This document shows positions 18,072 to 27,700 of a stretch of 55,114 nucleotides of DNA, one piece after another. Source of the stretch: Acutalibacteraceae bacterium (GTDB lineage: Bacteria > Bacillota > Clostridia > Oscillospirales > Acutalibacteraceae); the NCBI GenBank assembly GCA_045546555.1, contig JAZQCY010000092.1, positions 1-55,114 of the forward strand. Reading direction: 5' to 3'. The translations under genes and the position numbers were made by a program. The notes under the pieces are model-generated. The model did not search any database and was not told where the DNA came from. It saw only the letters and a list, made by a program, of their open reading frames with translations. Position 1 is the stretch's first letter, and each line of letters begins with the position of its first letter.

Positions 18072-18920
18072 TTATTTAAGGGTGCGCTTGGCAGAGGTCA
18101 GGGTATTTTGCATCAGCATTGCGATGGTCATGGGGCCAACACCGCCGGGAACAGGGGTTATGGCCGAGCAAACGGGCTCAACGTTCTGATAGTCAACGTC
18201 ACCGCAAAGCTTGCAGTTTTCGTCACGGTTCATACCGACATCGATAACAACGGCGCCTTCCTTAACCATGTCGGCGGTGACAAATTTTGCACGTCCGACG
18301 GCGGCAACAAGTATGTCGGCCTGACGGCAGAGCTCTTTAAGATTCTGCGTTTTGGAGTGGCAGATGGTCACGGTGGCGTTAGCGTGAAGCATCAGCATTG
18401 CCATAGGCTTGCCGACAATGTTGCTTCGTCCAATGACCACACAGTGCTTGCCTTGGGGGTCGATATTTGAGTATTTCAGCATTTCCATGATGCCTGCAGG
18501 GGTACAGGGCAGGAAATCGTAATCGCCGAGCATTATCTTGCCCACATTCTGCACGTGAAATGCATCGACATCCTTTTCGGGAACAATGGCGTCGATAACG
18601 GCCTTTTCGTCAAGATGACGGGGCAACGGCAGCTGACAAAGTATGCCGTGGATCTTGTCATCCTTGTTAAGCTTCTCCACCAAAGCCAAAAGCTCCTCAT
18701 TGGTGGTGCTTTCGGGCAACTCGTACTTTTCGGAGTACATACCGAGCTCAATGCAGGTGCGCTCCTTAGAGCCGACGTATACCTGCGAAGCAGGGTCGGT
18801 GCCGACAATGATGACGGCAAGTCCGGGTGTCACACCCTTTTGCTTTAACTCATTTACTTCGGCGGCAATACGTTCCTTAACTGCTGCCGAAATAGCCTTT
18901 CCACTAATGATCTGTGCCAT
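18072..18920 (-). CDS. folD: Bifunctional methylenetetrahydrofolate dehydrogenase (NADP+) / methenyltetrahydrofolate cyclohydrolase
   Basis: MAQIISGKAIS...GLAVIIVGTDPASQVYVGSKER...HGILCQLPLP...CTPAGIMEML...VVIGRSNIVGKPMAMLL...PVPGGVGPMTIAML are canonical FolD motifs. Its start shares base 18920 with the lgt stop. Confidence 0.95.
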   Translation of the reverse strand: MAQIISGKAISAAVKERIAAEVNELKQKGVTPGLAVIIVGTDPASQVYVGSKERTCIELGMYSEKYELPESTTNEELLALVEKLNKDDKIHGILCQLPLPRHLDEKAVIDAIVPEKDVDAFHVQNVGKIMLGDYDFLPCTPAGIMEMLKYSNIDPQGKHCVVIGRSNIVGKPMAMLMLHANATVTICHSKTQNLKELCRQADILVAAVGRAKFVTADMVKEGAVVIDVGMNRDENCKLCGDVDYQNVEPVCSAITPVPGGVGPMTIAMLMQNTLTSAKRTLK

Positions 18921-20047
18921 TATTTATCTTCCTTTTTATCTTCTTCGTTGTCGGTCGGTTCGGTTTCTGCCGAATCCTCGGCTTCAGCCTCAACCTCAGC
19001 CACAGCCTCAGGTTCTTCACCGTCAGCCTCCTCTGCGGGCTCGCCGTCGGTTTCCTCAACGGCTTCGTCACCCTCGTAGTAAACGGTCTCAACGGTGGAG
19101 CCATCTATATCATCAAACATGGTTTCATAGGTAAGAGCCTCTTTTGCGTTCTTCAGTCTTACAAACATAAAGATGAGCAATGCGGCGCAGACCAGCATAA
19201 TTGCGCCCGAAACCCACTGTGAAACCCTCATGGGTCCCAAGTAAAGGCTGTCGGTTCTCAAGCCTTCGATGATCATACGTCCAAAGCCGTACCATACGCC
19301 ATAGGTAAGCACCAGCTGACCTTTGAACTTGCGGTGCTTGCTCAAGAAATGAAGCAACACAAAGCCCAAAATGCACCAAAGTGATTCATAAAGGAAGCAG
19401 GGGTGAACCGAAAGACCGTTATCGGCAATATGCTGTGCGATCTCGGTCGAGCTCATATCCGAAAGTCCGAACTTGTCGGGGTTTTCCTGAATGTAGCGGA
19501 GCACACCGTTACTCATCATACCGGGGCCCTCGGTCAGCGAGCCGAAGGCTTCCTGATTGAAGAAGTTGCCCCAACGGCCAATGGCCTGTCCAAGCGGGAA
19601 GCAGATAAATGCGAGATCGAGCGTGTCAAGGATGTTGACCTTTCGCCACCAGCACATCAACGGGCCGATAACTGCGGCACCGATGATACCGCCGTAGATC
19701 GCAAGGCCCGATATGCCCGAGCCACCCGAAATGCCAAGGAAATCACCGATCGAGTTGATCTCCATCTCGCCGGGGTAGAATATGACGTAATACACACGTG
19801 CCAACAAAATGGCAATGGGTGTAGTAACCAGAACAACGTCGGTCAAGCGGTCGGGGTTGATATCGAACTTCTTGGCCTTCAAAAAGCCGTATGTAACGGC
19901 GGCAAGGAAAGCCAGAGCGATACAGATACCGTACCAATAGATCTTCCAACCGTCGCCAAACGGCAGGGTAAAGGCGACCGAATCAAAATCAAGCTCAATG
20001 CCGAATATATCGACATCGTAGGCTGCAAGTGTCAACAAACGAAACAC
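18920..20047 (-). CDS. lgt: Prolipoprotein diacylglyceryl transferase with an about 70-aa acidic C-terminal extension
   Basis: IYWYGICIALAFL...ARVYYVIF...GGIIGA...GQAIGRWGNFFNQEAFG...HPCFLYESLW...YGFGRMIIEGLRTDSL are Lgt signatures. The start is uncertain: GTG at 20045-20047 or one of the two in-frame TTG codons 9-12 nt downstream. Confidence 0.9.
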   Translation of the reverse strand: MFRLLTLAAYDVDIFGIELDFDSVAFTLPFGDGWKIYWYGICIALAFLAAVTYGFLKAKKFDINPDRLTDVVLVTTPIAILLARVYYVIFYPGEMEINSIGDFLGISGGSGISGLAIYGGIIGAAVIGPLMCWWRKVNILDTLDLAFICFPLGQAIGRWGNFFNQEAFGSLTEGPGMMSNGVLRYIQENPDKFGLSDMSSTEIAQHIADNGLSVHPCFLYESLWCILGFVLLHFLSKHRKFKGQLVLTYGVWYGFGRMIIEGLRTDSLYLGPMRVSQWVSGAIMLVCAALLIFMFVRLKNAKEALTYETMFDDIDGSTVETVYYEGDEAVEETDGEPAEEADGEEPEAVAEVEAEAEDSAETEPTDNEEDKKEDK

Positions 20048-20139
20048 CCTTTCTTTGAAAATGCTATATCATATACATTATATACTAAATACCCCTTTAT
20101 GAAAAGGGGTATTTTTTAAAATTTTTAAATTTGTAATAA

Positions 20140-21411
20140 TTATTTTGAAATCACCGACAAGGCGCAGAGTGTGAGGTCGAGCTCACGGGCTCTTGCGGTG
20201 ACATCATCGGGGGCGATATCGCTTAATGTGTTCAAAACGCCGTAAGGCTCAAAGCCGTTGATGGCACAATCGATAAAGCCGTCAACTGTTTCCTCGGTGT
20301 CGTTAAACGAACGTATCTCCTTGCCGTACATCTTGCGGCGGGCATCCTCAAACAAGAGGGGATCAACACCGTTTAGCTTAATGCTCTCAAGCTCGGCTAT
20401 AATGGCATTTTTGACCGCTTCGGGATCCTTGGACTCGCCCTCAAAAAGGAATGCGGCATATCCGTGACCGCAGAAAAACTCGGTTCCAAAGCGGCTGTTG
20501 ATAAGTCCGTCGTTCAAAAGGCGGTTGTAAAGCGGTGATATCTTGCCAACCGTGATCTCAAGCAAAAGCTCGGACGCAATGACCGTTTTTTGCGAGCGGT
20601 TCAGCTTGGCAGCATTATCCTTGATACCTGTGACAAACAACGGCATCGAAACCGGCATCCTCTGCTCAATATAAGGCTTGACCAGAGTGTCGGGCTCCGA
20701 AAACTCGGAACGGTGGATTTCAGGCGTGCCGCTTGCCTTGATTCTTTGGTCGATCATTTCGAGTGCCTTGTCGGTATCAAAATTACCGCACAGGCAAACG
20801 AACATATTGGAGGGGTTATAGAAGGTGCGATAGCAGTCGTAGAGCGTTTTGTCGGTGATCTCAGCGATCGACTCAACGGTGCCCGCAATTTCAACGTTTA
20901 CGGGGTGGTTGTGATACATAATGCGGAGCAGGTTGAAAAGCACACGCCAGCCCGGCACATCCTCATACATCCTGATCTCCTGACCGATAATGCCCTGCTC
21001 CTTTTGCACCGTTTCGGGCGTGAAGTAGGGCGAGCTTACAAAGCCCAGAAGGATGTCAAGATTCTCATAAAAACGCTCAGAACAGCTGAAAAGGTAGCAG
21101 GTACGGTCAAACGAGGTGTAGGCGTTGGCCGAAGCACCCGTCACGGCATATTTTTCAAAGGCGTCGCCGTCCTCACCCTCAAACAGCTTATGCTCCAAAA
21201 AGTGGGCAATGCCCTCGGGAACGGTTATCATGGGCTCGTCACCCAAAGAAAATTCGGTATCGACCGAGCCGTAATGTGTGCCGAAAACGGCATAGTTGAC
21301 CTTAAAATCGGGTTTTTCGCAGATATAAACCTTGAGTCCCGAGGAATGGGTGGCAACCGTGCAGGCTTCGCAGGCGGCATCGTTATGCAGTTTGGTTATT
21401 TCAAAGCTCAT
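20140..21411 (-). CDS. M16 (pitrilysin) family zinc peptidase, catalytic-type subunit (YmfH-like)
   Basis: 423 aa with an intact HxxEH zinc motif (GIAHFLEHKLFEG). Its start overlaps the upstream paralog's stop (ATGA at 21408-21411). Confidence 0.85.
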   Translation of the reverse strand: MSFEITKLHNDAACEACTVATHSSGLKVYICEKPDFKVNYAVFGTHYGSVDTEFSLGDEPMITVPEGIAHFLEHKLFEGEDGDAFEKYAVTGASANAYTSFDRTCYLFSCSERFYENLDILLGFVSSPYFTPETVQKEQGIIGQEIRMYEDVPGWRVLFNLLRIMYHNHPVNVEIAGTVESIAEITDKTLYDCYRTFYNPSNMFVCLCGNFDTDKALEMIDQRIKASGTPEIHRSEFSEPDTLVKPYIEQRMPVSMPLFVTGIKDNAAKLNRSQKTVIASELLLEITVGKISPLYNRLLNDGLINSRFGTEFFCGHGYAAFLFEGESKDPEAVKNAIIAELESIKLNGVDPLLFEDARRKMYGKEIRSFNDTEETVDGFIDCAINGFEPYGVLNTLSDIAPDDVTARARELDLTLCALSVISK

Positions 21412-22685
21412 TCCTCTTCCTCCTTTACACTGCCGTCGGGCTTTAAGATATAAACCGTGTCAAGCCTAAAGCTCTTGGCGGCATTCATAATATCCTCACG
21501 TGTTACTTTGTCTATAAGGTCACATATATCGGCAGGTGAGGCAGGTGAATCCTCCAAGGCACGGGCGGCATACCAGCGTGCAAGGGCACCTTGCTCGGAT
21601 TCGGCCGAGCGTATAGAGTCACACATAGAAAGCTTGGATGAGGTCATATCCTTGTCCGAAAAGCTGCCGTTTTTCATATCGTCAAGCTGTTGAAGAATGG
21701 CGGTTTTTGCGGCCTCAATATTTTTCTCCTCAACACCGCTGTCAACAAGGATGATACCCTTTCTGCGGGTGGGTCGTGCCGAGCAGTAGTAGCAAAGGCT
21801 CATTTTCTCACGCACGTTGCAGAACAGCTTAGAGTAAGGACCGCCGCCGAAAATATCACCCATAACCCAATTGGCCACGGTGTCACGGTCATTGCCGCCG
21901 TTTTCGGAACGCAGGCCAAGCACAAGCTTGCCCTGTTTTACGGGCATTTCCTCGGTTTCGGTCTTAATATCGCCTGCCGACATAACAATATCCTTAGGCA
22001 AGGGTTTAAAGCAACGCTCGGCGGCGTTTATGCAGGCCGCAAAGCGCTCGGCAAACAGGGTGGGCTCCTTTGCGCCGATAACCAGCACCGAAATAAAGCT
22101 TTCCTTTATCATACGGTTGAGTGACTGTTTGATATCGGCATCGGTCAAGGCTTTGACAGCCTCAACGGTGCCTTCTTGGGGCAGGCCGTAAGGCTCCAAA
22201 GCACACATTATTTCCTCACAACGGTTGCGGGCGTAGGTGCGCTTGTCGTTCAGCTTGCCTTCAATAGTCTCGCACAAAAGGCGCTTCTCACGGTTGACGG
22301 CGTCTTTTGGGTAGTCGGTCTTGGAGTTGAAACGGTCAAAAATCATATCGCACAAAAGCGAGCCTGCTTCATCAACGGTGCTTTCGCCGCAAAGCGAATA
22401 TTTATCATCGTTTACGGTGATACCGATACGAAGCTCCTGACAGTCACCGTGCTTGGCCACCCAAGACGATACGCCGGCACCGTAAAGATGTGCCAGCTTG
22501 CGGTTGAAGGAATAGGTGTCGGGCAAGCTTTCGGTTCCGCTTTTCATAAGACTCAAGGTCAGGGCGTTGGCGGCATTGCCTTCGCCCGACGGCAGGTAAA
22601 AGCCGACCGAGATCAGCGTTGTTTTAAAGGATTTTGTAGGGATAAAGGAATAAGCAATTCCTTTTGATTTAAGGGAATCGGTCAT
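21408..22685 (-). CDS. M16 family peptidase-like protein lacking the HxxEH motif (YmfF-like, probably non-catalytic partner)
   Basis: 425 aa with length and organisation similar to its neighbour, but the equivalent N-terminal position reads NALTLSLMKSGTES with no His-x-x-Glu-His. RBS AGGAGAC. Confidence 0.78.
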   Translation of the reverse strand: MTDSLKSKGIAYSFIPTKSFKTTLISVGFYLPSGEGNAANALTLSLMKSGTESLPDTYSFNRKLAHLYGAGVSSWVAKHGDCQELRIGITVNDDKYSLCGESTVDEAGSLLCDMIFDRFNSKTDYPKDAVNREKRLLCETIEGKLNDKRTYARNRCEEIMCALEPYGLPQEGTVEAVKALTDADIKQSLNRMIKESFISVLVIGAKEPTLFAERFAACINAAERCFKPLPKDIVMSAGDIKTETEEMPVKQGKLVLGLRSENGGNDRDTVANWVMGDIFGGGPYSKLFCNVREKMSLCYYCSARPTRRKGIILVDSGVEEKNIEAAKTAILQQLDDMKNGSFSDKDMTSSKLSMCDSIRSAESEQGALARWYAARALEDSPASPADICDLIDKVTREDIMNAAKSFRLDTVYILKPDGSVKEEEE

Positions 22686-22720
22686 AGTAGTCTCCTAAAA
22701 AAGCATCGATTTTTGTCGAA

Positions 22721-22756
22721 AAACAAAAACCTGCCGCACGGCGTTGTACGGCAGGT
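22721..22756 (-). terminator. Rho-independent terminator of the PrsA-like lipoprotein gene
   Basis: Stem ACCTGCCG/CGGCAGGT, followed on the minus strand by TTTTTGTTTTT. Confidence 0.6.
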
Positions 22757-22768
22757 ATGAGTCTTATA

Positions 22769-24100
22769 TTAATCTTCGAGCTCAAACTTGATCTCGTCAA
22801 CATCAAAGGGAGATGTTGCATGGGTGTCTTCGGTCAAAGTAAGACCGTCGCCCTTTTCTTTGAGCGAAGCATCATATTCATCCTGCTTGAGAATATACAG
22901 AATGTTGGAACGCAGACCGTCGTACCAGTAGTCCTCGTATTCCTCGTCGAGCATATCTCTCTTAACAAAGAGGATGTACTGCGAGTTGGCGGTGTCGTCA
23001 ATAACAACTGCCTTGCCTACTTCCTGCTTCTTGTACTCGCTGAAGAGTGCATCGTTGTAGCCGGAATCCTCATCGCCGTAAAGACCCTTGTAGCTTTCGG
23101 GAGAATACTTCTTATCGCCCGAAGAGGTGGTCGAGGATGAGGTGCTGTCGGTGGAAGCACTATCGGTGGAAGCGGCACCCGAGGAGGTCGCACTCGAAGC
23201 ATTGCCCGAAGCGGTGCTCGAGGTGTTGCTTGAGGTGGTGGTAGAGGACGAAGAAGAGCTGTTGGCCTTCTTTTCCTCCTCAAGACGCTTGGTCTCCTCA
23301 TCGTTGATGGTCTTAAAGTCCTCACCTGCGTTAAGTCTTTCGGCATAACCGTCGGCGATTGCCTTGAGTGCCTTCAGCTTTTCGTCAGACAAGGTCTTGT
23401 TGTCAGAGTCCTTCTTGGAGAAGGTGATCTTATCACCCATAGCGAAATGCTCGGTCATATACTTGGTGACATCGTCCTTGGAAACAGCCTTTTTGCCGTC
23501 CTCATCATAAAGATGATTGAAATAGAAGTCGTATTTAGCATCGTACTTTCTGTACTCAAGGTAGGTTTCATAGCCAACACCGTTGGTCTCAAGAATCAGA
23601 CCGTAGGGGGTGTAGTACTGGTAAAGCTGGTTTGCCATACCCATCTGTGCATACTGATAATAGGTGTTGTAGTCACAGCCGTAGTTCCAAACCGACCATG
23701 CCTCTGCGGTAGCGGCATTAAGGGTGTCCTCATCAAGCTCAAGCTTTTCAGCCTTCATAAGAGCGTCCAAGGCGGCGTTCTCACGCAGGGTCTTTATTGC
23801 CTGCTCACGGACAAAGGTCTCATAAGGAGTGCCGTCTTTGGCAACGTTGCCGTCCTTATCGAACTTATAATCCTCATAGTCAACGTCTTTGTCGTCCAGC
23901 TTGTTCTCCGAAATATAGGCATCAATCGCACTGCGTGCACTGTTGGCGGCAAAGAACTGGGTGCAGCTGAAGAATGCCGAGGTGAACTTGGACTCGCCGA
24001 TCGTAAAGGCGATCTCACCCTTGTCGTGACATCCAACAAAGCAGGCGGCCAACATTAAAACGGCCAGCACAACTGCCAAAAGTCTTGAAAGTTTTTTCAT
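22769..24100 (-). CDS. Lipoprotein, PrsA/SurA-like with an apparently degenerate parvulin domain interrupted by a Ser/Thr-rich tract
   Basis: Start at the ATG at 24098-24100 (MKKLSRLLAVVLAVLMLAACFVGC, signal plus lipobox) 7 nt after AGGAG. It has a roughly 55-aa S/T tract. GEDFKTI... and ...GKAVVIDDTANSQYILFV resemble the two ends of a parvulin fold. It sits next to mfd, as prsA-like genes do in other Clostridia (from memory). Confidence 0.55.
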   Translation of the reverse strand: MKKLSRLLAVVLAVLMLAACFVGCHDKGEIAFTIGESKFTSAFFSCTQFFAANSARSAIDAYISENKLDDKDVDYEDYKFDKDGNVAKDGTPYETFVREQAIKTLRENAALDALMKAEKLELDEDTLNAATAEAWSVWNYGCDYNTYYQYAQMGMANQLYQYYTPYGLILETNGVGYETYLEYRKYDAKYDFYFNHLYDEDGKKAVSKDDVTKYMTEHFAMGDKITFSKKDSDNKTLSDEKLKALKAIADGYAERLNAGEDFKTINDEETKRLEEEKKANSSSSSSTTTSSNTSSTASGNASSATSSGAASTDSASTDSTSSSTTSSGDKKYSPESYKGLYGDEDSGYNDALFSEYKKQEVGKAVVIDDTANSQYILFVKRDMLDEEYEDYWYDGLRSNILYILKQDEYDASLKEKGDGLTLTEDTHATSPFDVDEIKFELED

Positions 24101-24243
24101 AAACATACTCCTATTCTTACCCTTTAGCATCAAAAGATACCAAAAGGTGTTTTTTAAAATTACAGATACACTCAACAGTATATATTATATGAGCGAAAAA
24201 GTCCAGCATTTTTTAATATTCTTTATGACATATTTGTAAATAA

Positions 24244-27200
24244 TTACGCCTGCATATACTCCAAAACCTCTTTGAGAGCGTCAAGAATGTGTTGTTTTTC
24301 TTGGAGCCGTACCGAAACATAGGGCTTACTGCCTGCGCTGAACATGACCCTGCGCTTAATGTCACTTGTTAAAAGGCGGCTGATGCTTTCGGTCAAAGCG
24401 CCGCAGTAAAGCAGCAATCGGCCGTTTTGGTCGCTTATTTCGGTTATGCCCATTTCGGCGGCCTTGTTTTTAAGAAAGGACACCTGAATAAGGTCGTTCA
24501 CGACCTGCGGCAGATCACCGTAGCGGTCAAGCAACTCGTCGGTAACATCCAAAACATCCTCATTTGTGCGGATGGCGGCGATCCTGCGGTAGGCCGAAAG
24601 TCTTTGCGGCAAAGAGGAAATATACCGCTCGGGGATGTGTGCGCTCATCTTGATGTCGACCACACACTCTAACTGCTTTTCGGGCTCTTCGCCCTTTTCC
24701 TCGGCCAAGGCTTCGGACAAAAGCTTTAAATACATATCGTAGCCGACAGCCTCCATGTGTCCGTGCTGTTCACCGCCCAAAACACTGCCTGCGCCACGGA
24801 TCTCAAGGTCACGCATGGCAATGCGGAAGCCCGAGCCGAACTCGGTAAATCTGCGGATGGCATCAAGCCGCTTTTGCGAAATGTCCGACAGCGCCTTGCC
24901 GGGCGTAAACAAAAGATAGGCAAAGGCGGTGCGGTGGCTTCGGCCCACACGCCCACGCAGCTGATGAAGCTGTGCAAGTCCGAAGCGGTCGGAATTTTCA
25001 ATGATAAGCGTGTTGGCATTGGGCACGTCAACACCCGTTTCGATAATGGTGGTGCAGACAAGGATGTCTATCTCGTGCTCAAGCAGCTGTTGCCACACAC
25101 GGGAAAGGGTGTCCTCACTCATTTTGCCGTGTGCCGTGCCGATACGTGCCTCGGGATGCGCCTGCTGGAGCTTCATTGCGCAGGAATCAATATCCTCGGT
25201 GCGGTTGTGCAGGTAATACACCTGACCGCCTCGGCGAAGCTCACGGCTGATAGCCTCATTCACAATGGACTTATCCTGCTCCATAACATAGGTCTGCACG
25301 GGGTGGCGGTTCATGGGAGCCTCCTCAATGGAGGACATATCCCGAAGGCCTGATAAAGCCATATTAAGGGTTCTCGGTATCGGCGTTGCCGAAAGCGTCA
25401 GCGCATCGACCGTAGGGTAAAGCTCCTTTAGTCTTTCTTTTTGAGCAACGCCAAAGCGCTGTTCTTCATCAATTATAATAAGTCCAAGGTCCTTAAATTT
25501 AACATCCTTGGAGATCAAAGCATGCGTTCCCACAATAAGGTCAATGTTGCCTGCAAGCAGGTTTTTCCTTATCTTTTCCTGTTGCTTGGGGGTGCGGAAG
25601 CGTGAAAGCATCTCAACCTCGACCGCCATATTGCCAAAGCGCTGTAAGGCGGTGTTGTAATGCTGCCAGCAAAGGATGGTGGTGGGCACCAAAATGGCAC
25701 ACTGCTTGCCGTCGGCAATGCACTTGAATGCGGCACGTAAGGCCACCTCGGTCTTGCCGAAACCAACGTCGCCGCAAAGCAGGCGGTCCATCGGTACGCC
25801 ACGCTCCATATCACGCTTTATTTCCGAAATACAACGAAGCTGGTCGTCGGTCTCGTCAAACTCAAACCTGCGCTCAAAATCGGACTGCAGGTCACCGTCG
25901 GGACTAAACTGATAACCCTTTTGTTGCATACGCTTGGCATAAAGCACGGTCAACTGCTTGGCCATATCCTTTACGGCCTTTTTGACCCTTGACCTTGTGC
26001 GGCTCCAATCGGATGAGCCGAGCTTATTGAGCTTTATTGCGGTATCCTCGGCCGAGCCGATGTAGCGTGACACCATATCAAGGCTGGTAACGGGGACGTA
26101 CAAGGCGTCCTTACCTGCGTAGCTTATTTTAATGTAGTCACGGGTCATTCCACGGGTGGTGAGCTGTTGAACGCCCTCAAAAATACCGATACCGTGGGTG
26201 GCGTGGACAACGTAGTCGCCACGCTGAAGCTCCTCAAGTGAGCCGACGGCACTGCCGCCCGAAAAACGCTTTTTGCGCTTTTTGACGGCGGTCTTTCCGT
26301 GAACGACCACCGAAAGCGAGCCGTCGGGCAATTCAAAGCCACTTGACAGCACGCCCACCGTAACAAAAACACCCTTTTTGCCCACCTGCGAGGGTTCAAG
26401 GCAGAAGTTGGCTTTAAGCCCTAATTCACACATTTCCTCGCAAAGGTTAGAAGCGGCACGCTCACTTCCGCCCAAAACAACGGTCAGCTTGGCGGCGGAG
26501 GCTTTGATGTCCTCGCAAAGCGATGCCACGGCGCCCGAAAAGCCGGAGTTTTGCTTGAAGTTCAAATTGACAAGTGCCCTCGGCGGCACGTCATAAGAGG
26601 TTTTGGGGAAGCTGTCGCAATACACCGTGTCGGTCTTTTTCAAGCACTCGGCCAGCCCCACACGGTCAAGGTAGACCGACTTGAAATCGGGTGGAAGATC
26701 ACCCTCCAAAAGCAGGGTCTTTATCTCCTCCGAGTGCAATTTCAGGCAACTGTCAACCTTGTCAAAGCACGCATTGGTGTCATATATAAACGTAATACTG
26801 TCAAGGTCACAGTCGCAAAAATAGTCGAAAAGTGTCACATTGCGGTCAAAAATATGGCGCAGATAGGCGTCGTAGCTTATGGCGGCACCGACCTCGAGGC
26901 GGTCAATGTCCTCCTCGATACGCTTGCGCTGTGCATCGCTTATGCTTCTTTTTTTCAAAAGCTTACTGAGGCTTTCAGCCAACTGCTCGGGGTCATCGGG
27001 CGAGCCCTCGGTAACGGGGGTTATTTTTATTTCGTCAAGGGTGTCGGTTCGGCGTTGGGTGTCAACATCAAACAAAGCGATACTGTCGATCTCGTCACCA
27101 AAAAAGTCAAGTCGGCAGGGGTTGGGCAGGTTGGGGGAGAAGATGTCAACAATGCTTCCTCTTATCGAAAACTGGCCCGCACCGTCAACCTGCGCACTTT

Positions 27201-27696
27201 TTACGTATCCGCCTGCAATCAGCTTTTCGGCCAAGACAAGCATTGAGCATTCCTCACCCACCGAAAGGGTAAAGCAACGGTCACGCAAAGCCTCGGGCGG
27301 AAGGGTGGTGCTGATAGCCGCCTCAACCGAAGCAACACACACGTCAAAAGCCCCCTCCAACACCTTGGAGAGGGTACCTATTCTTTTGTGTTCGTATTCG
27401 TGCGAGTGTGAAACGTTGCGCCTTAAACAATAGTCCCTTGCAGGGAAGACCGCAACGTTTAGCCCCAAAGCCTCAAGATCCTCTAAAACACGCTCGTTTT
27501 CGGCATCTCCTGCCGTGAGGACAAGGGCTTTTTGACCGTTTTGTGCCGCCAGCACGGCCGACAGCACGCAGCGGTGGATATGCGACACACCCGTTAAAGC
27601 GATTGGGTACAAACGGTTTTTGACCGCCGCCGAAAGCTCTTTAAAGCTGTCGGTATTGCCCAATGCGTCAGAGAAGACGTTATACCTTAACTGCAT
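24244..27696 (-). CDS. mfd: Transcription-repair coupling factor
   Basis: 1150 aa. It has the CarD-like segment GDYVVHATHGIG, helicase motifs LLCGDVGFGKTEVALRAAF, DEEQRFGV, TLSATPIPRTL and QLHQLRGRVGRS, and a TRCF C-terminal domain. Confidence 0.96.
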   Translation of the reverse strand: MQLRYNVFSDALGNTDSFKELSAAVKNRLYPIALTGVSHIHRCVLSAVLAAQNGQKALVLTAGDAENERVLEDLEALGLNVAVFPARDYCLRRNVSHSHEYEHKRIGTLSKVLEGAFDVCVASVEAAISTTLPPEALRDRCFTLSVGEECSMLVLAEKLIAGGYVKSAQVDGAGQFSIRGSIVDIFSPNLPNPCRLDFFGDEIDSIALFDVDTQRRTDTLDEIKITPVTEGSPDDPEQLAESLSKLLKKRSISDAQRKRIEEDIDRLEVGAAISYDAYLRHIFDRNVTLFDYFCDCDLDSITFIYDTNACFDKVDSCLKLHSEEIKTLLLEGDLPPDFKSVYLDRVGLAECLKKTDTVYCDSFPKTSYDVPPRALVNLNFKQNSGFSGAVASLCEDIKASAAKLTVVLGGSERAASNLCEEMCELGLKANFCLEPSQVGKKGVFVTVGVLSSGFELPDGSLSVVVHGKTAVKKRKKRFSGGSAVGSLEELQRGDYVVHATHGIGIFEGVQQLTTRGMTRDYIKISYAGKDALYVPVTSLDMVSRYIGSAEDTAIKLNKLGSSDWSRTRSRVKKAVKDMAKQLTVLYAKRMQQKGYQFSPDGDLQSDFERRFEFDETDDQLRCISEIKRDMERGVPMDRLLCGDVGFGKTEVALRAAFKCIADGKQCAILVPTTILCWQHYNTALQRFGNMAVEVEMLSRFRTPKQQEKIRKNLLAGNIDLIVGTHALISKDVKFKDLGLIIIDEEQRFGVAQKERLKELYPTVDALTLSATPIPRTLNMALSGLRDMSSIEEAPMNRHPVQTYVMEQDKSIVNEAISRELRRGGQVYYLHNRTEDIDSCAMKLQQAHPEARIGTAHGKMSEDTLSRVWQQLLEHEIDILVCTTIIETGVDVPNANTLIIENSDRFGLAQLHQLRGRVGRSHRTAFAYLLFTPGKALSDISQKRLDAIRRFTEFGSGFRIAMRDLEIRGAGSVLGGEQHGHMEAVGYDMYLKLLSEALAEEKGEEPEKQLECVVDIKMSAHIPERYISSLPQRLSAYRRIAAIRTNEDVLDVTDELLDRYGDLPQVVNDLIQVSFLKNKAAEMGITEISDQNGRLLLYCGALTESISRLLTSDIKRRVMFSAGSKPYVSVRLQEKQHILDALKEVLEYMQA

Positions 27697-27700
27697 AAAA

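Noticed and set aside
23100-23290. Repetitive Ser/Thr-coding DNA as a tandem repeat or contingency locus
   Set aside because: The repeats are imperfect and in-frame, inside a well-supported lipoprotein CDS. It is a low-complexity coding region, not a discrete repeat feature. The overlapping ORFs 23017-23346, 23047-23244 and 23127-23348 are artefacts of it.
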